Source: an uncultured Bacillales bacterium
Lineage (GTDB): Bacteria; Bacillota_I; Bacilli_A; RFN20; CAG-826
Direction: 5' to 3'
Assembly: GCA_905197045.1 (NCBI GenBank)
Contig: CAJJXG010000001.1
Span: 96,338 to 160,337, forward strand
DNA length: 64,000 nucleotides
Numbering within the stretch: position 1 is the first letter of the stretch; every line of letters begins with the position of its first letter. Below, in pieces: positions 47,890 to 58,569 of the stretch. The notes under the pieces were generated by a model that was not told the DNA's origin, did not search any database, and saw only the letters and a list, made by a program, of their open reading frames with translations. The position numbers and the translations under genes were made by a program.

Positions 47890-50800
47890 TCTTTTTAACC
47901 GCCTTCATTTTACTTTTATACATTGTCGAGACACTTTTTAAAATTTCTCTAAGTGTTTGTATCCAATCCCCCTCTTTATTAATACTGATAAAGATGAGTT
48001 TATCATGGTAAGAAAGTTTAAGTTTATTAATAAATTTTAAAAAACTAGTAAAAAGTGTCGTTCCTATACCCTTAATATCACTAAAATTCTTACTTAAAAT
48101 AAGATCAACGCGTTTAGGATATTCAACATATTTTTCAAACTCTTCTTCATCGAGATAAATTGATATCTCTCTTTTAATAAAAAGTAATTCGACACTTTGT
48201 GGTAAAGCGCCATATTGATCCTTTAATGTATCTTTTAATATTGCAAGTTTAGCTAAATCTTTACAATCTAGTATTTTTTGATAAATTTCAATTTTCTCGT
48301 CGTTTTTAGCAAATTCTTTTGGTACATAAGCATCTAGATCTTGTAGAGCTTTAATATCTTTAGTTGGGCTCTTATTCAATTTGCCTTGTTTTTCTGCAAT
48401 AGTTTCGTTTAATAGACGAATATACATATCTATTCCAACTTCATCTATAAAACCAGCTTGTTCTTTTCCTAAAATGTCTCCCGCTCCACGAATCAATAAA
48501 TCTCTTTGAGCAATTTTATATCCACTTCCTAACTCGGTAAAATCTTGTATAGCTTTTAATCTTTTTTTGCTTTCATCAGTTAATGACTTATTCCCTTTAA
48601 TCATTAAATAGGCATAGGCCATTTTGTCACTTCTTCCGACTCTTCCTTTGATTTGATAAAGTTGAGATAACCCAAAATGGTCGGCATCTTCAACTAACAA
48701 AAGGTTAGCGTTTCTTACATCTATCCCATTTTCTACAATTGTAGTTGCAAGCAAAACATCGATATTGCCTTCATAAAAGTCGTTCATGACTATATCGATA
48801 TCTTCTTTGTCCATTTTTCCATGTATTATGCCAATTCTACATTCCGGAACTAGTTTTTGTAAAATTAGTTCTTTTTCATAAATTCGATAAGTGTCGTTGA
48901 AAATATAGTATACTTGTCCTCTTCTTGCTAACTCTCTTTTAATTAACTCTTTGATAATTTCTTCATCATAATTAATTACATAAGTTTGAATTGGTAATCT
49001 TTCAACTGGAGGCGTTTCAATTCTTGAAATAGATTTTAAACCTACCAAGCTTGATTGAAGTGTTCTAGGTATAGGTGTTGCTGAAAGCGTTAAAACGTCA
49101 ACGTTAGGATATTTTTCTTTTATTCTTTCTTTTTGTTCAACTCCAAATCTTTGTTCTTCATCTATTATTAATAAACCTAGATCTTTGAAAACCACTTTAT
49201 CGTTTAACGCTTTATGCGTTCCAATAAGTAGATTAACACTTCCATCTTTTATTCCTCTTAAAATATCGTTAGTCTCTTTAACGGTGCACATACGGTTTAA
49301 AAGCTTAACGTTAATTTTAAAATCCCCAAACCTTTTTATTGCGACTTTATAATGTTGCATTGATAAAACAGTTGTTGGGCAAAGAAAACATACTTGTTTT
49401 TCTGAAAGTATTGCTTTCATACAAGCTTCTAGCGCAACTTCAGTTTTTCCAAAACCAACATCACCACACAATAAGCGATCCATTGGATGAGGAGCTTCCA
49501 TGTCCTCTTTGATTTCTTTAATTGATGTTTCTTGATCTGGCGTTAGTTTGTAATTAAATTCTTCCTCAAACGCTTTTTGAATTTCGTCGTCCTTTTTAAA
49601 AGAAAACCCTGCAATAGTTGCTCTTTCTTGATAAAGTGTTAATAATCTATCAGCTAAATCATTCACCCTGTCTTTGATTTTTTTCTTTGTTTTTTCCCAT
49701 TGATTTGAGTTAAGGTTTGTAAGCCTGGGTGTGGCTCCTTCTTTACCAACAAATTTTCTTATAAGATTAAATTGATAAAGAGGAACGAAGAGCTTGTCGT
49801 TATTAGCATAAGCAATTTCTAAATAGTCATTATGTTTGCCCATTAACTCGATAGTTTCTATTTTTACAAAGCGTCCTATACCATATTTTTCGTGGACCAC
49901 ATAATCACCTGGTTCTAGCTCTTCATAACTTTCTAAAACTTTCCCTTTTTTAAAGTGTGTTGAATAAGCTTTTATTTTCCTTTTATCATATAGAAGATCA
50001 TCACTTACTAATAAAATCGCGTTTTGATTTATGATTTCAAAAGAAACATTGAATTTTCCTTGGCATAAAGAAACAGGGGTATTTTCGTTTAACATGTAAT
50101 TTTCTGTTTCTGAATATTCTATTTCAGTTGAATCAAGTAAACGTTTAATTTCTTTCCCTTCTTCTTCACTATGATAAACAATCAAAATCTTGTTTCTTCC
50201 TTTAATTAAAGTTTCAAGAATAATTAGAGGTGTCGAGCCTTTTGGATCTAAATAAGTTAAACTACGAATTGGGATAGAAATATCATCTTTTTTATTATAG
50301 AAAGGCTCAAGAATAGTGGTTTCTAACGAACCCTTAAATATACTTGCTCTTTCATTAAAATAAGATAAGTGTGATATATTCTTGTTTTTATCGTGAAGTT
50401 CTAATAAAAATTTTGTTGCCTCCTCAAAAAGAAGAGATTTGGCTTTGTTAAAATCTTGGTTATTTGCAACAATAACAATGAAATTATCAGCAAAATCAGT
50501 TAGTTCTGCAGGCTTTTCCGATAGAAATGAAAGATATTTATAATATTTATTTGAAAAAGAGTTATTTAAAATTTGCTCGATATCTTCATTTACATTTGCG
50601 ATAAGCTCTTCTTTATCTTCTTCTCTTTTATTTAATAAATCTTTATTTAATTGATTTAAAATTTTATTTTTAGTCTTCGCTTTTTCTTCCTCGGTTAATA
50701 AATTAATCGTTGCCGGAATCAAAATAGCGTTATCAAGTTTTTTATATGAAGTTTGTGTTTCGATTTTAAATAAACGAATTGATTCAATAACTGTATCAAA

Positions 50801-51367
50801 AAATTCAATTCTTATTGGATCTTCATAATTTAAAGAGAAGACATCAATAACGCCACCACGACTTGCATATTCCATTGATTGATCGATTTTTGAAACACTA
50901 ATATAACCTAATTCACTTAATTTATTCTTAAAGTCGTTAATGTTTAAATCGTCTCCGACGTGAATCTCAATAAAAGAATCATCAAAAGTTTTAACGCTAG
51001 GATAATACCTATATAAAGTCGATGGTGTAACTATAACAATTGAATGCTTGGAATGGCGAATTTTATATAAACCATAAATTAATTCGCTTTTTACTTCTTT
51101 TGATTCACTAATATATTCAACACGAATTAAGTCGTCGCCTGGAAGCAAAACTATTTTATCTTCATCAATTAAACTACTAAGTTTATTAAAAATAGAGTTT
51201 GCATCGTAATTATTTGCAGCGTAAATAAAAACATTCGCATCTGTTTCATTATATTTTTTTAATGCGAGCAAAACAGTTCCTATTATTGAATCTACAACAA
51301 AGCTTTTATTAGCTTTATTCGTATCATCAGAAAATAACTCTTCAGCAGTTTTTAATAAATTAATCAA
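47879..51367 (-). CDS. mfd: transcription-repair coupling factor
   Basis: 1162 aa. UvrB-homology N-terminal region, RNAP-interaction domain, superfamily-2 translocase motifs (GDVGFGKTEVA, DEEQRFG), TRG motif. Confidence 0.95.
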   Translation of the reverse strand: MINLLKTAEELFSDDTNKANKSFVVDSIIGTVLLALKKYNETDANVFIYAANNYDANSIFNKLSSLIDEDKIVLLPGDDLIRVEYISESKEVKSELIYGLYKIRHSKHSIVIVTPSTLYRYYPSVKTFDDSFIEIHVGDDLNINDFKNKLSELGYISVSKIDQSMEYASRGGVIDVFSLNYEDPIRIEFFDTVIESIRLFKIETQTSYKKLDNAILIPATINLLTEEEKAKTKNKILNQLNKDLLNKREEDKEELIANVNEDIEQILNNSFSNKYYKYLSFLSEKPAELTDFADNFIVIVANNQDFNKAKSLLFEEATKFLLELHDKNKNISHLSYFNERASIFKGSLETTILEPFYNKKDDISIPIRSLTYLDPKGSTPLIILETLIKGRNKILIVYHSEEEGKEIKRLLDSTEIEYSETENYMLNENTPVSLCQGKFNVSFEIINQNAILLVSDDLLYDKRKIKAYSTHFKKGKVLESYEELEPGDYVVHEKYGIGRFVKIETIELMGKHNDYLEIAYANNDKLFVPLYQFNLIRKFVGKEGATPRLTNLNSNQWEKTKKKIKDRVNDLADRLLTLYQERATIAGFSFKKDDEIQKAFEEEFNYKLTPDQETSIKEIKEDMEAPHPMDRLLCGDVGFGKTEVALEACMKAILSEKQVCFLCPTTVLSMQHYKVAIKRFGDFKINVKLLNRMCTVKETNDILRGIKDGSVNLLIGTHKALNDKVVFKDLGLLIIDEEQRFGVEQKERIKEKYPNVDVLTLSATPIPRTLQSSLVGLKSISRIETPPVERLPIQTYVINYDEEIIKELIKRELARRGQVYYIFNDTYRIYEKELILQKLVPECRIGIIHGKMDKEDIDIVMNDFYEGNIDVLLATTIVENGIDVRNANLLLVEDADHFGLSQLYQIKGRVGRSDKMAYAYLMIKGNKSLTDESKKRLKAIQDFTELGSGYKIAQRDLLIRGAGDILGKEQAGFIDEVGIDMYIRLLNETIAEKQGKLNKSPTKDIKALQDLDAYVPKEFAKNDEKIEIYQKILDCKDLAKLAILKDTLKDQYGALPQSVELLFIKREISIYLDEEEFEKYVEYPKRVDLILSKNFSDIKGIGTTLFTSFLKFINKLKLSYHDKLIFISINKEGDWIQTLREILKSVSTMYKSKMKAVKKNEN

Positions 51368-51377
51368 TTCATCCCTC

Positions 51378-51935
51378 TTATTTATTATACATTGTCATAG
51401 CCTTGTTAAAACTATCGCTTAAAGCGACTTTAATTGCTTCGACGGCATTTTTTTGAGCACTATCTAATAAAGGCTCTTCCTCTTTGGCTGGTCTTTTTAA
51501 GACATAATCTATAATGTTTTTACTTTCAGGGTGCCCTATACCCACCTTGATACGCTTAAATTCTTCGCTTCCAATATTTTGAATAATTGATTTTATCCCA
51601 TTATGTCCGCCACTAGAGCCTTTAATCTTTAATTTAATGTGCCCTAAAGGAGTGTCCATATCGTCACAAACGACAATCATGTTTTCAATCGGTATTTTAT
51701 AAAAATTTAAAACCTGAATAATACTTTCGCCACTTAAATTCATATAGGTTTGTGGCTTTAAAATAATGAGGTCCTGATTCATAAAACGAGCTTTAACATA
51801 AATTCCTTTAAAATCGTTCCTATCAAAAGTAACTCCTAATGAATCAGCAAATCTATCCACAACATCAAACCCCATATTGTGATGTGTGTGTTCGTACTCT
51901 TTTCCTGGATTTCCTAGCCCTACAATCAAAAACAC
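51378..51935 (-). CDS. pth: peptidyl-tRNA hydrolase
   Basis: The conserved N-terminus (M)FLIVGLGNPG begins at the GTG at 51935, preceded by GGAGGAgtaaaa. The ORF-track product carries 28 spurious leading residues. Catalytic H (..HNMGF..) and D residues. Confidence 0.9.
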   Translation of the reverse strand: MFLIVGLGNPGKEYEHTHHNMGFDVVDRFADSLGVTFDRNDFKGIYVKARFMNQDLIILKPQTYMNLSGESIIQVLNFYKIPIENMIVVCDDMDTPLGHIKLKIKGSSGGHNGIKSIIQNIGSEEFKRIKVGIGHPESKNIIDYVLKRPAKEEEPLLDSAQKNAVEAIKVALSDSFNKAMTMYNK

Positions 51936-52004
51936 TTTTACTCCTCCACCTATGAATACAATTATAAATTGATTTTGTTGGAAATAAAATAATATTTTTT
52001 TAAG

Positions 52005-52028
52005 AAAATAACCCCGCAAAATTCAAAT
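52005..52028 (+). repeat. weaker copy 6 of the recurring motif (AAAATAACCCCGCAAAATTCAAAT)
   Basis: Lies about 70 nt upstream of pth (minus strand) and about 100 nt upstream of the TetR gene (plus strand). Confidence 0.25.
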
Positions 52029-52122
52029 ATTTATATTTTTATTTAGAATGATAAAAAATTTCGTATTTATAATTGACTTTATAGTCAATTTTTATTAACA
52101 TACCTTAACATGGAGAAGAAAA

Positions 52123-52767
52123 ATGCCAAGAACTTTTTTTGAAAACAAGGAATTAAGATTAAAAAGAATTGATACTATCGTTAATACCTCGCTTAGGTTA
52201 TTTGCAACCTTTGGTTATAAAAAAGTAACGATTGATATGATCGCTAAAGAGTGTCGCTACTCTCATGGTCTTTTCTATCATTACTTTGCATCTAAAACCG
52301 ATGTATTAAAAGAAATTAAGAAAAGAAGTAACGCTTTATTTTCTGAAAAATTCTTATCAATTGGAAAGACATGTCCTTTAGGATATGACTTTTTACGTAG
52401 CGCTCTTTGTGTAATTGTAGATTTCATTAACAAGGGTGGAGAAGAAAATTACTACGTTCATTTATTATTTTCAACAAAACTTTCTGAGCTTAATGAAGGG
52501 GTAAAAACAATCTATTTTAATAAAGATGTATATTCGCTTTTTTATGAATCCGTTCGATTAGTAAAAAGCGAATTTGAAGAATTTATTAAAAAAGAAACTT
52601 TTAAAAAATATCTAATACTATTTTTAACAGTAATAGATGGTCTTTCTTCTTCCAAAATTAATTATCCTAACTTATATAAAAAGAACATTGATGGAAATGT
52701 ATTTTTTGATCGCTTGGTCGCTTTCTTAAAAGGTCGTGCTCCTTTACATGTTGAAAATGTTAAATAA
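52123..52767 (+). CDS. TetR/AcrR-family transcriptional regulator
   Basis: 214 aa. N-terminal HTH (FATFGYKKVTIDMIAKECRYSHGLFYHYFASK). Confidence 0.8.
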   Translation: MPRTFFENKELRLKRIDTIVNTSLRLFATFGYKKVTIDMIAKECRYSHGLFYHYFASKTDVLKEIKKRSNALFSEKFLSIGKTCPLGYDFLRSALCVIVDFINKGGEENYYVHLLFSTKLSELNEGVKTIYFNKDVYSLFYESVRLVKSEFEEFIKKETFKKYLILFLTVIDGLSSSKINYPNLYKKNIDGNVFFDRLVAFLKGRAPLHVENVK

Positions 52768-52788
52768 GTTAAGAGGAAAGGATTAATT

Positions 52789-54606
52789 ATGTCAAAAATT
52801 TTAAGCTTTTTATGGAAAAAATGGCCCTTTCTACTTTTGATTGCTTGTGCAATTATCGCTCAATGTTATCTTCAATTAATGCTTCCAGAATACATGGGCA
52901 AAATCACAACCTTAATTACTTCATCGTCGCCTGATAAGATTACTCAAATCTGGATTAATGGCGGCTACATGATTTTAATTTCAGTCGGAGTTGTTGTTTT
53001 AGCAACCATACAAAATTTTACAGGCGCGACTTTATCTGCCTATGTTGGAAAACAATTAAGAACCGAAATGTTTCATAAGGTTAATCACATTTCATTAACC
53101 CAATATAACAAATTCGGTACAGCCACATTAATTACAAGAACCACCAACGACATCGAACAAGTCAAAAACTACGTTTTAATGGCTGTTAGAATTATCGTTA
53201 TGTCGCCAACATATATGATAATTGGTCTAATTAAAACCCTAACACAAGATGCAATGTTATCAATTGTTTTAGCAATTTGTATTCCATTAATTCTTTTGTT
53301 TATGGCTATTTTATTAAAGTTAGCGACTCCACTTTTTAGAAGTTTACAAACCAAAATTGATAATTTAACGATAGTTGTTAGAGAAAATTTAACTGGCGTT
53401 AGAGTAATTAGAGCCTATAATCAACAAGGTGTTGAATATAAAAAGTTTGATAAAGCTAATAAAGACATGACAACTACAATAACAAAAGTTGGAAAAATCA
53501 TGTCTTTTACAAATCCATTAATTTCAATTATATTTAACCTTTGCTTTATTGGAATTTATGCTTTAGGTTTCTATTTATTAAATGGATTAAATGCTAACGA
53601 TCCACAAGTCGGCGGTTTAATTTCAAATGTTGCTGTCGTTGCTCAATATAGTTTACAAATTATGCAATCATTTATGATGCTTGCAATGATTTTTGTAATG
53701 CTACCACAAGCTAGCGCATGTTCTAGACGTATCTCAGAAGTATTAAATATAAAAGATAATGAACAAGTTAATACTGTTGATGAAAAAGAGTATAAAAAAT
53801 TTAAAAATAAAACTCAAAGAGGGGTTTTATCTTTTAATAATGTTACCTTTACTTATCCAGATAGCGATACTCCTTGTATTGAAAATATTTCCTTTACAAC
53901 TAAACCAGGAAAGATGCTAGCAATAATTGGCTCTACTGGTGCTGGTAAATCAACAGTTATCAATTTAATTCCTAGATTTTACGATGCCACAGAAGGAAAT
54001 ATTACTTTAGATGGCGTCGATATTAGAAAAATACCTATTAAAGATTTAAGAGAGGCAATTGGTTTTGTTCCACAAAAAGCCGTTTTATTTAAAGGAACAA
54101 TAAAAGATAATATCCGTTTTGGTAAAAAAGATGCAACTGATGAAGAAATCAACCTGGCTCTCTCAGTTGCTCAAACAGAACACTTCATTTCTAAATTACC
54201 AAAAGGTTTAAATTCTTTTGTTTCACAAGGTGGTAAAAATTTCTCAGGCGGACAAAAGCAAAGACTTGCTATCGCTCGTGCTTTAGTTAAAAAACCTGAA
54301 ATTTATGTTTTTGATGACTCTTTCTCGGCTCTGGATTTTAAAACTGACGCTAAATTAAGAGCTGCATTGAAGACTTATATTGGAGATTCAACAATGATAG
54401 TTGTTGCTCAAAGAGTCTCCTCTATTTTAGATGCAGATACAATAGTTGTTTTAAACGAAGGGAAGATGGTAGGAATTGGAAATAATGAAGAGCTTTTAAA
54501 ATCTTGTCCAATTTATCAAGACATCGTTAAATCACAGCTTGATCCAGATGAAGTTGAAAAAACTTTAAAAATGTCTCGCGATGCCGAGCAAGAAGGAGGT
54601 AAATAA
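52789..54606 (+). CDS. ABC exporter subunit (fused TMD-NBD) with a degenerate Walker B; likely forms a heterodimer with the next gene
   Basis: 605 aa. Walker A GSTGAGKST, signature FSGGQKQR. Walker B IYVFDDSFSALD has Asp in place of the catalytic Glu. Confidence 0.85.
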   Translation: MSKILSFLWKKWPFLLLIACAIIAQCYLQLMLPEYMGKITTLITSSSPDKITQIWINGGYMILISVGVVVLATIQNFTGATLSAYVGKQLRTEMFHKVNHISLTQYNKFGTATLITRTTNDIEQVKNYVLMAVRIIVMSPTYMIIGLIKTLTQDAMLSIVLAICIPLILLFMAILLKLATPLFRSLQTKIDNLTIVVRENLTGVRVIRAYNQQGVEYKKFDKANKDMTTTITKVGKIMSFTNPLISIIFNLCFIGIYALGFYLLNGLNANDPQVGGLISNVAVVAQYSLQIMQSFMMLAMIFVMLPQASACSRRISEVLNIKDNEQVNTVDEKEYKKFKNKTQRGVLSFNNVTFTYPDSDTPCIENISFTTKPGKMLAIIGSTGAGKSTVINLIPRFYDATEGNITLDGVDIRKIPIKDLREAIGFVPQKAVLFKGTIKDNIRFGKKDATDEEINLALSVAQTEHFISKLPKGLNSFVSQGGKNFSGGQKQRLAIARALVKKPEIYVFDDSFSALDFKTDAKLRAALKTYIGDSTMIVVAQRVSSILDADTIVVLNEGKMVGIGNNEELLKSCPIYQDIVKSQLDPDEVEKTLKMSRDAEQEGGK

Positions 54607-54608
54607 TT

Positions 54609-56708
54609 ATGCCAGCAAGAACAAGAAGCATAGACAAGCCTCAAAACATGAAACTCGTCTTTAAGCGAATGTTAAAAGACTTCAAAAAAGAATATGTAGT
54701 TTTAATTTTTGTTATATTGTTTGCAATCTTTAGTGCAATCTTAAATATTATCGCTCCAATCTTTTTAGGAGAATTTTTAAATCACGCTTTGCCTCAAGAT
54801 GTATCAACCTCTCCCTTATTCAACTTTGTACTAGAAAACGGTACAACTGTTGTATATATAGATTGGTCTTATTTCTTTTATAATTTTGGGGTTTTGCTAG
54901 GTTTTTATGTAGGAAGCGCTTTATTTTCATGGCTTAGTGAATGGTTATCGGTTGGTGTTGGAGCACGCTACGCTTACGAATTTAGAGATAAAATACTCAT
55001 CAAATTAGATAAACTTCCTTTAAGTTATTTTGATAGAGTTCCTTATGGAGATACTCTTTCTGTTTGCACTAATGATGTAGATAACATTTCAAGAAATTTA
55101 CAATCAATCATAACTCAAACTACAAGTGGAATTTCCTTATTCTTTGGCTCACTGATTGCAATGTTTATCTATGATTATAGACTTGCTTTTATTGCCTTAG
55201 CTGTACTCCCAGTTACGCTTTTAATTGTTTTATTTATCTCAAAACATTCTCAAAAACAATTTGCTGCTTATAGAAAAGAACTTGGTGATTTAAATGGAAA
55301 AGTTGAAGAAAACTATGCTGGTGTTTCAGTTATTAAATTATTTAATAAAGAAAAAGATGTTGAAAATGACTTTAATGTAGTCAACGAAAGAATGGCAAAA
55401 GCTGATGGTCTTTCTCAATTCTTATCAGGCTTTGTTTTTCCAACTACTATCTTTATTAATAATGTTGCTTATGTTGCAATTGCTGTTGTTGATGGAATTA
55501 TTGGACAAATCGGTACAATGATTTCTTTCTTTACGCTTTTAAGTTTATTTACTCGACCATTTCAACAAATTGGTCAAATCGCAAATATTATTCAATCTGT
55601 TTTAGCAAGTGGCGAAAGAATTTATTCACTCCTTGATGAAGCTGAAGAAATTCCTGATAAAGCAACAGCAACAGTAGATGAAACTTTAATTCAAGGTGAG
55701 TTTGATTTTGATCATGTTTATTTTCAATACACACCTGATAAACCTTTAATTGAAGATTTTACTTTGCATGTCAATAAAGGCGATATGGTTGCAATTGTTG
55801 GACCAACTGGTGCTGGAAAAACAACCATGGTAAATCTCATTATGAGGTTTTATGAAATTACTAATATCGCTAATCATGAAGACTTAAAAGCTAAATCATT
55901 GCGTTTTAGAAACTCAATTAATGAAATATTAGGTTTAGATCCTATTAAAGACATTGTAATCGACACTTCTTTAGATATTAAAGAAGCAACAAAAATTGAA
56001 AAAGAAAATTTGGAAGAGTTCTATAAAGACGCTTTGTCTAAGAGTAAGAAAATTTTAGGTGAAGATGAAAGAAAAAAACTCGACTTCATTCATTCTTTAA
56101 TTCCTAATATTTTTAATAACGGGAATATCAAGTTAGATGGTAAAACGATATTTAACTATACAAGAGGCTGTTTAAGAGGATCAATCGGAATGGTCCTTCA
56201 AGATACTTGGTTATTTAAAGGTACTATTAAAGAGAATTTACTTTATGGCGATCCAAATGCCAGCGATGAAGATATCGAGAAAGCTTGTAAAGAAGCGCAT
56301 ATAGATCACTTTATTCATACGTTGCCTGGTGGATATAACTTCATGCTTAATGAAGATGGAAACAATGTTTCTCAAGGTCAAAGACAACTTTTAACGATTG
56401 CTAGAGCTATTATTTCTAAACCTCGAATTATGATTTTAGATGAAGCAACTTCTTCAGTTGATACAAGAACAGAACAACAAATTCAAGACGCTTTAAACAA
56501 AATCATGGAAAATAGAACTTCCTTCGTTATCGCTCATAGACTTTCAACAATTAAAAACGCTAAGTTAATTATTGTTATGAAAAAAGGACATATTGTCGAA
56601 ACCGGAACCCATTATGAGCTTCTGAAAAAAGGTGGTTTCTATGCTGAACTTTATAATTCTCAATTCGCTGGAAACAATCCTATGAGTAAAGAAGTTGAAG
56701 AAAGTTAA
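54609..56708 (+). CDS. ABC exporter subunit (fused TMD-NBD) with a canonical Walker B but a degenerate signature, and a roughly 88-aa insertion in the NBD
   Basis: 699 aa. Walker A GPTGAGKTT. Lys/Glu-rich insertion between MRFYEI and GNIKLDG. Q-loop GMVLQD, signature VSQGQRQL, Walker B IMILDEATSSVD, H-loop AHRLST. 2-bp spacing to the upstream gene. Confidence 0.85.
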   Translation: MPARTRSIDKPQNMKLVFKRMLKDFKKEYVVLIFVILFAIFSAILNIIAPIFLGEFLNHALPQDVSTSPLFNFVLENGTTVVYIDWSYFFYNFGVLLGFYVGSALFSWLSEWLSVGVGARYAYEFRDKILIKLDKLPLSYFDRVPYGDTLSVCTNDVDNISRNLQSIITQTTSGISLFFGSLIAMFIYDYRLAFIALAVLPVTLLIVLFISKHSQKQFAAYRKELGDLNGKVEENYAGVSVIKLFNKEKDVENDFNVVNERMAKADGLSQFLSGFVFPTTIFINNVAYVAIAVVDGIIGQIGTMISFFTLLSLFTRPFQQIGQIANIIQSVLASGERIYSLLDEAEEIPDKATATVDETLIQGEFDFDHVYFQYTPDKPLIEDFTLHVNKGDMVAIVGPTGAGKTTMVNLIMRFYEITNIANHEDLKAKSLRFRNSINEILGLDPIKDIVIDTSLDIKEATKIEKENLEEFYKDALSKSKKILGEDERKKLDFIHSLIPNIFNNGNIKLDGKTIFNYTRGCLRGSIGMVLQDTWLFKGTIKENLLYGDPNASDEDIEKACKEAHIDHFIHTLPGGYNFMLNEDGNNVSQGQRQLLTIARAIISKPRIMILDEATSSVDTRTEQQIQDALNKIMENRTSFVIAHRLSTIKNAKLIIVMKKGHIVETGTHYELLKKGGFYAELYNSQFAGNNPMSKEVEES

Positions 56709-56772
56709 TCACTTAAAAAGTGCGGTAAATATGCCGCACTTTTTTAATTTTCATTGCAAATCTTGGTTATTT

Positions 56773-58335
56773 TTATGATTTCTTAGTATTTTTTATATCT
56801 ATGTCTGTTAATTCTTTATAGATATTTAAAAGGCTAGGATATACTTTTACATATACCTTTTCATATAACTCCTTATATTCTTTAACTTCTTTTTTATTAG
56901 GAGTAAAAACTTTTACATATCTAATCATATTTTTCTTAACATCGTTTAAAGAATTGTAACGTTTAAGAGCTAAAAATTGAGCGCAAGCACAACCTAATGA
57001 AGAGTTTTCAAATGTCTCGCTTTTATAAACAGGAAGATTAAATAAGTCCGCTGTGATTTGACAAATTGCATCACTTCGCGATCCGCCTCCTGCGATTGTT
57101 AAATACTTAACTTTTTTATGACTTCTTTTTTCGATACTATCAAGCCCTTCTTTTAAAGCAAAACCAATGCCCTCGATAATAGCACGATAAAAATGAAATT
57201 TGGTGTGTACATCAAAAAATCCGATTACAGCCCCTTTAGCAAGAGGCCTACTAAGTCCTGGGCCCCAATAAGGTTGTAAAATCAAGCCATCGCTTCCTGG
57301 AGGAATGTCCATTAGTTTTTCATTTAAAAGTTCTTCTGGTGCAACTTTTTCAATTTGTGCTTCAATTGATTCGTTTTGACCAAATTGTTGTACAAACCAT
57401 GTAAGCATCCAATATCCACGATATATCTGAACCTCTCCACTATACCATCCCGGAAAAGAAGCAATATAAGAAGGTAAAAACTTTTCTGGTTCAAAGTAAT
57501 CTTGACTAATCACAGCAATCGATGAACTTGTACCATAACTTATATGGGCACTATCAGAATCAACTTGTCCGCTTCCCAATGCTTCACAAGATTTGTCGTT
57601 TCCTGTAGTGATATATTGAAGTCCTTCAGGAAAGCCAGTTTCGAGTGAACATTCTTTTGTGATTTTACCAATAACAGTACCTACAGGAGCGATTTCAGGC
57701 ATTAAATCTGGGTCAATGTTATAAAGTTCACCTTTTAAGGCACCCTTTTTGTACCATTTACCTTTTCTAAAATTAAGTGGATAATGGCCAATCATATTTG
57801 ATGCAGAATCCTTTAAAACTCCAAGCATTCGATAGTTAAAATAAACATTAAGCGGGACATAATGTTTTATTTTTGCCCAATTTTCAGGTTCGTTTTCTTG
57901 TAACCAAATAGCTGGTGTTCTTTTTCTATTTAAATTAACCGTTTTGGTCATATTAACAAACCAAAAAGCAACAGATTGCCACCAAGGCAATTTTCTTTTT
58001 AAGTCGGCTTGTCTTTGGTCGAGCCAAATTATTGAAGGTCTAACTATATTAAAATCTTTATCAAGATAAACGGCAGTATCTCTAAAACAAGTTGAAGAAA
58101 TGCTGACAGCTTTTCTCATTAAATCTGGGTGTTTTTCAGCAAGTCTTTTCGCCGCTTTACACATATTATCGTAATAAAAATTAGGGTCTTGTTCACAATA
58201 TCCAGGCTTTGGCGAAAAATAAGGTTTGTTATATCTCTCTTGTTCGAAAGCCAAAAATTTACCATGATCATCGATTACCGATACACGAACACTTTGCGTG
58301 CCATAATCTATTGCAATAACACATTTGTTTTCCAT
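56773..58335 (-). CDS. FGGY-family carbohydrate kinase (divergent; substrate unknown)
   Basis: 520 aa. N-terminal actin-like ATPase start VIAIDYGTQSVRVSV and FGGY C-terminal domain (TIAGGGSRSD). Confidence 0.8.
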   Translation of the reverse strand: MENKCVIAIDYGTQSVRVSVIDDHGKFLAFEQERYNKPYFSPKPGYCEQDPNFYYDNMCKAAKRLAEKHPDLMRKAVSISSTCFRDTAVYLDKDFNIVRPSIIWLDQRQADLKRKLPWWQSVAFWFVNMTKTVNLNRKRTPAIWLQENEPENWAKIKHYVPLNVYFNYRMLGVLKDSASNMIGHYPLNFRKGKWYKKGALKGELYNIDPDLMPEIAPVGTVIGKITKECSLETGFPEGLQYITTGNDKSCEALGSGQVDSDSAHISYGTSSSIAVISQDYFEPEKFLPSYIASFPGWYSGEVQIYRGYWMLTWFVQQFGQNESIEAQIEKVAPEELLNEKLMDIPPGSDGLILQPYWGPGLSRPLAKGAVIGFFDVHTKFHFYRAIIEGIGFALKEGLDSIEKRSHKKVKYLTIAGGGSRSDAICQITADLFNLPVYKSETFENSSLGCACAQFLALKRYNSLNDVKKNMIRYVKVFTPNKKEVKEYKELYEKVYVKVYPSLLNIYKELTDIDIKNTKKS

Positions 58336-58425
58336 GCCTATTATTATAAATGATTACTTTTTACTATCAAAACCTTAATCTTTATTTTCTTTGTTTATTT
58401 ATGATTATATCGCTTTAATTCTACA

Positions 58426-58444
58426 AAAAACCTTGCAAAACTCC
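58426..58444 (+). repeat. copy 4 of the recurring motif (AAAAACCTTGCAAAACTCC)
   Basis: Lies about 95 nt upstream of the FGGY kinase start in the divergent FGGY/ppdK intergenic region. Confidence 0.35.
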
Positions 58445-58569
58445 ATTATTTTCAAATTAAAATGGGTTTATAAAGATAAATAAGTACTTTTCAATCTTAT
58501 CGAAGAATCGAACTATTAAAACTTTAGTTTTAACTTTTTAATTATCTACATTTAACCTTGACTAATTTA

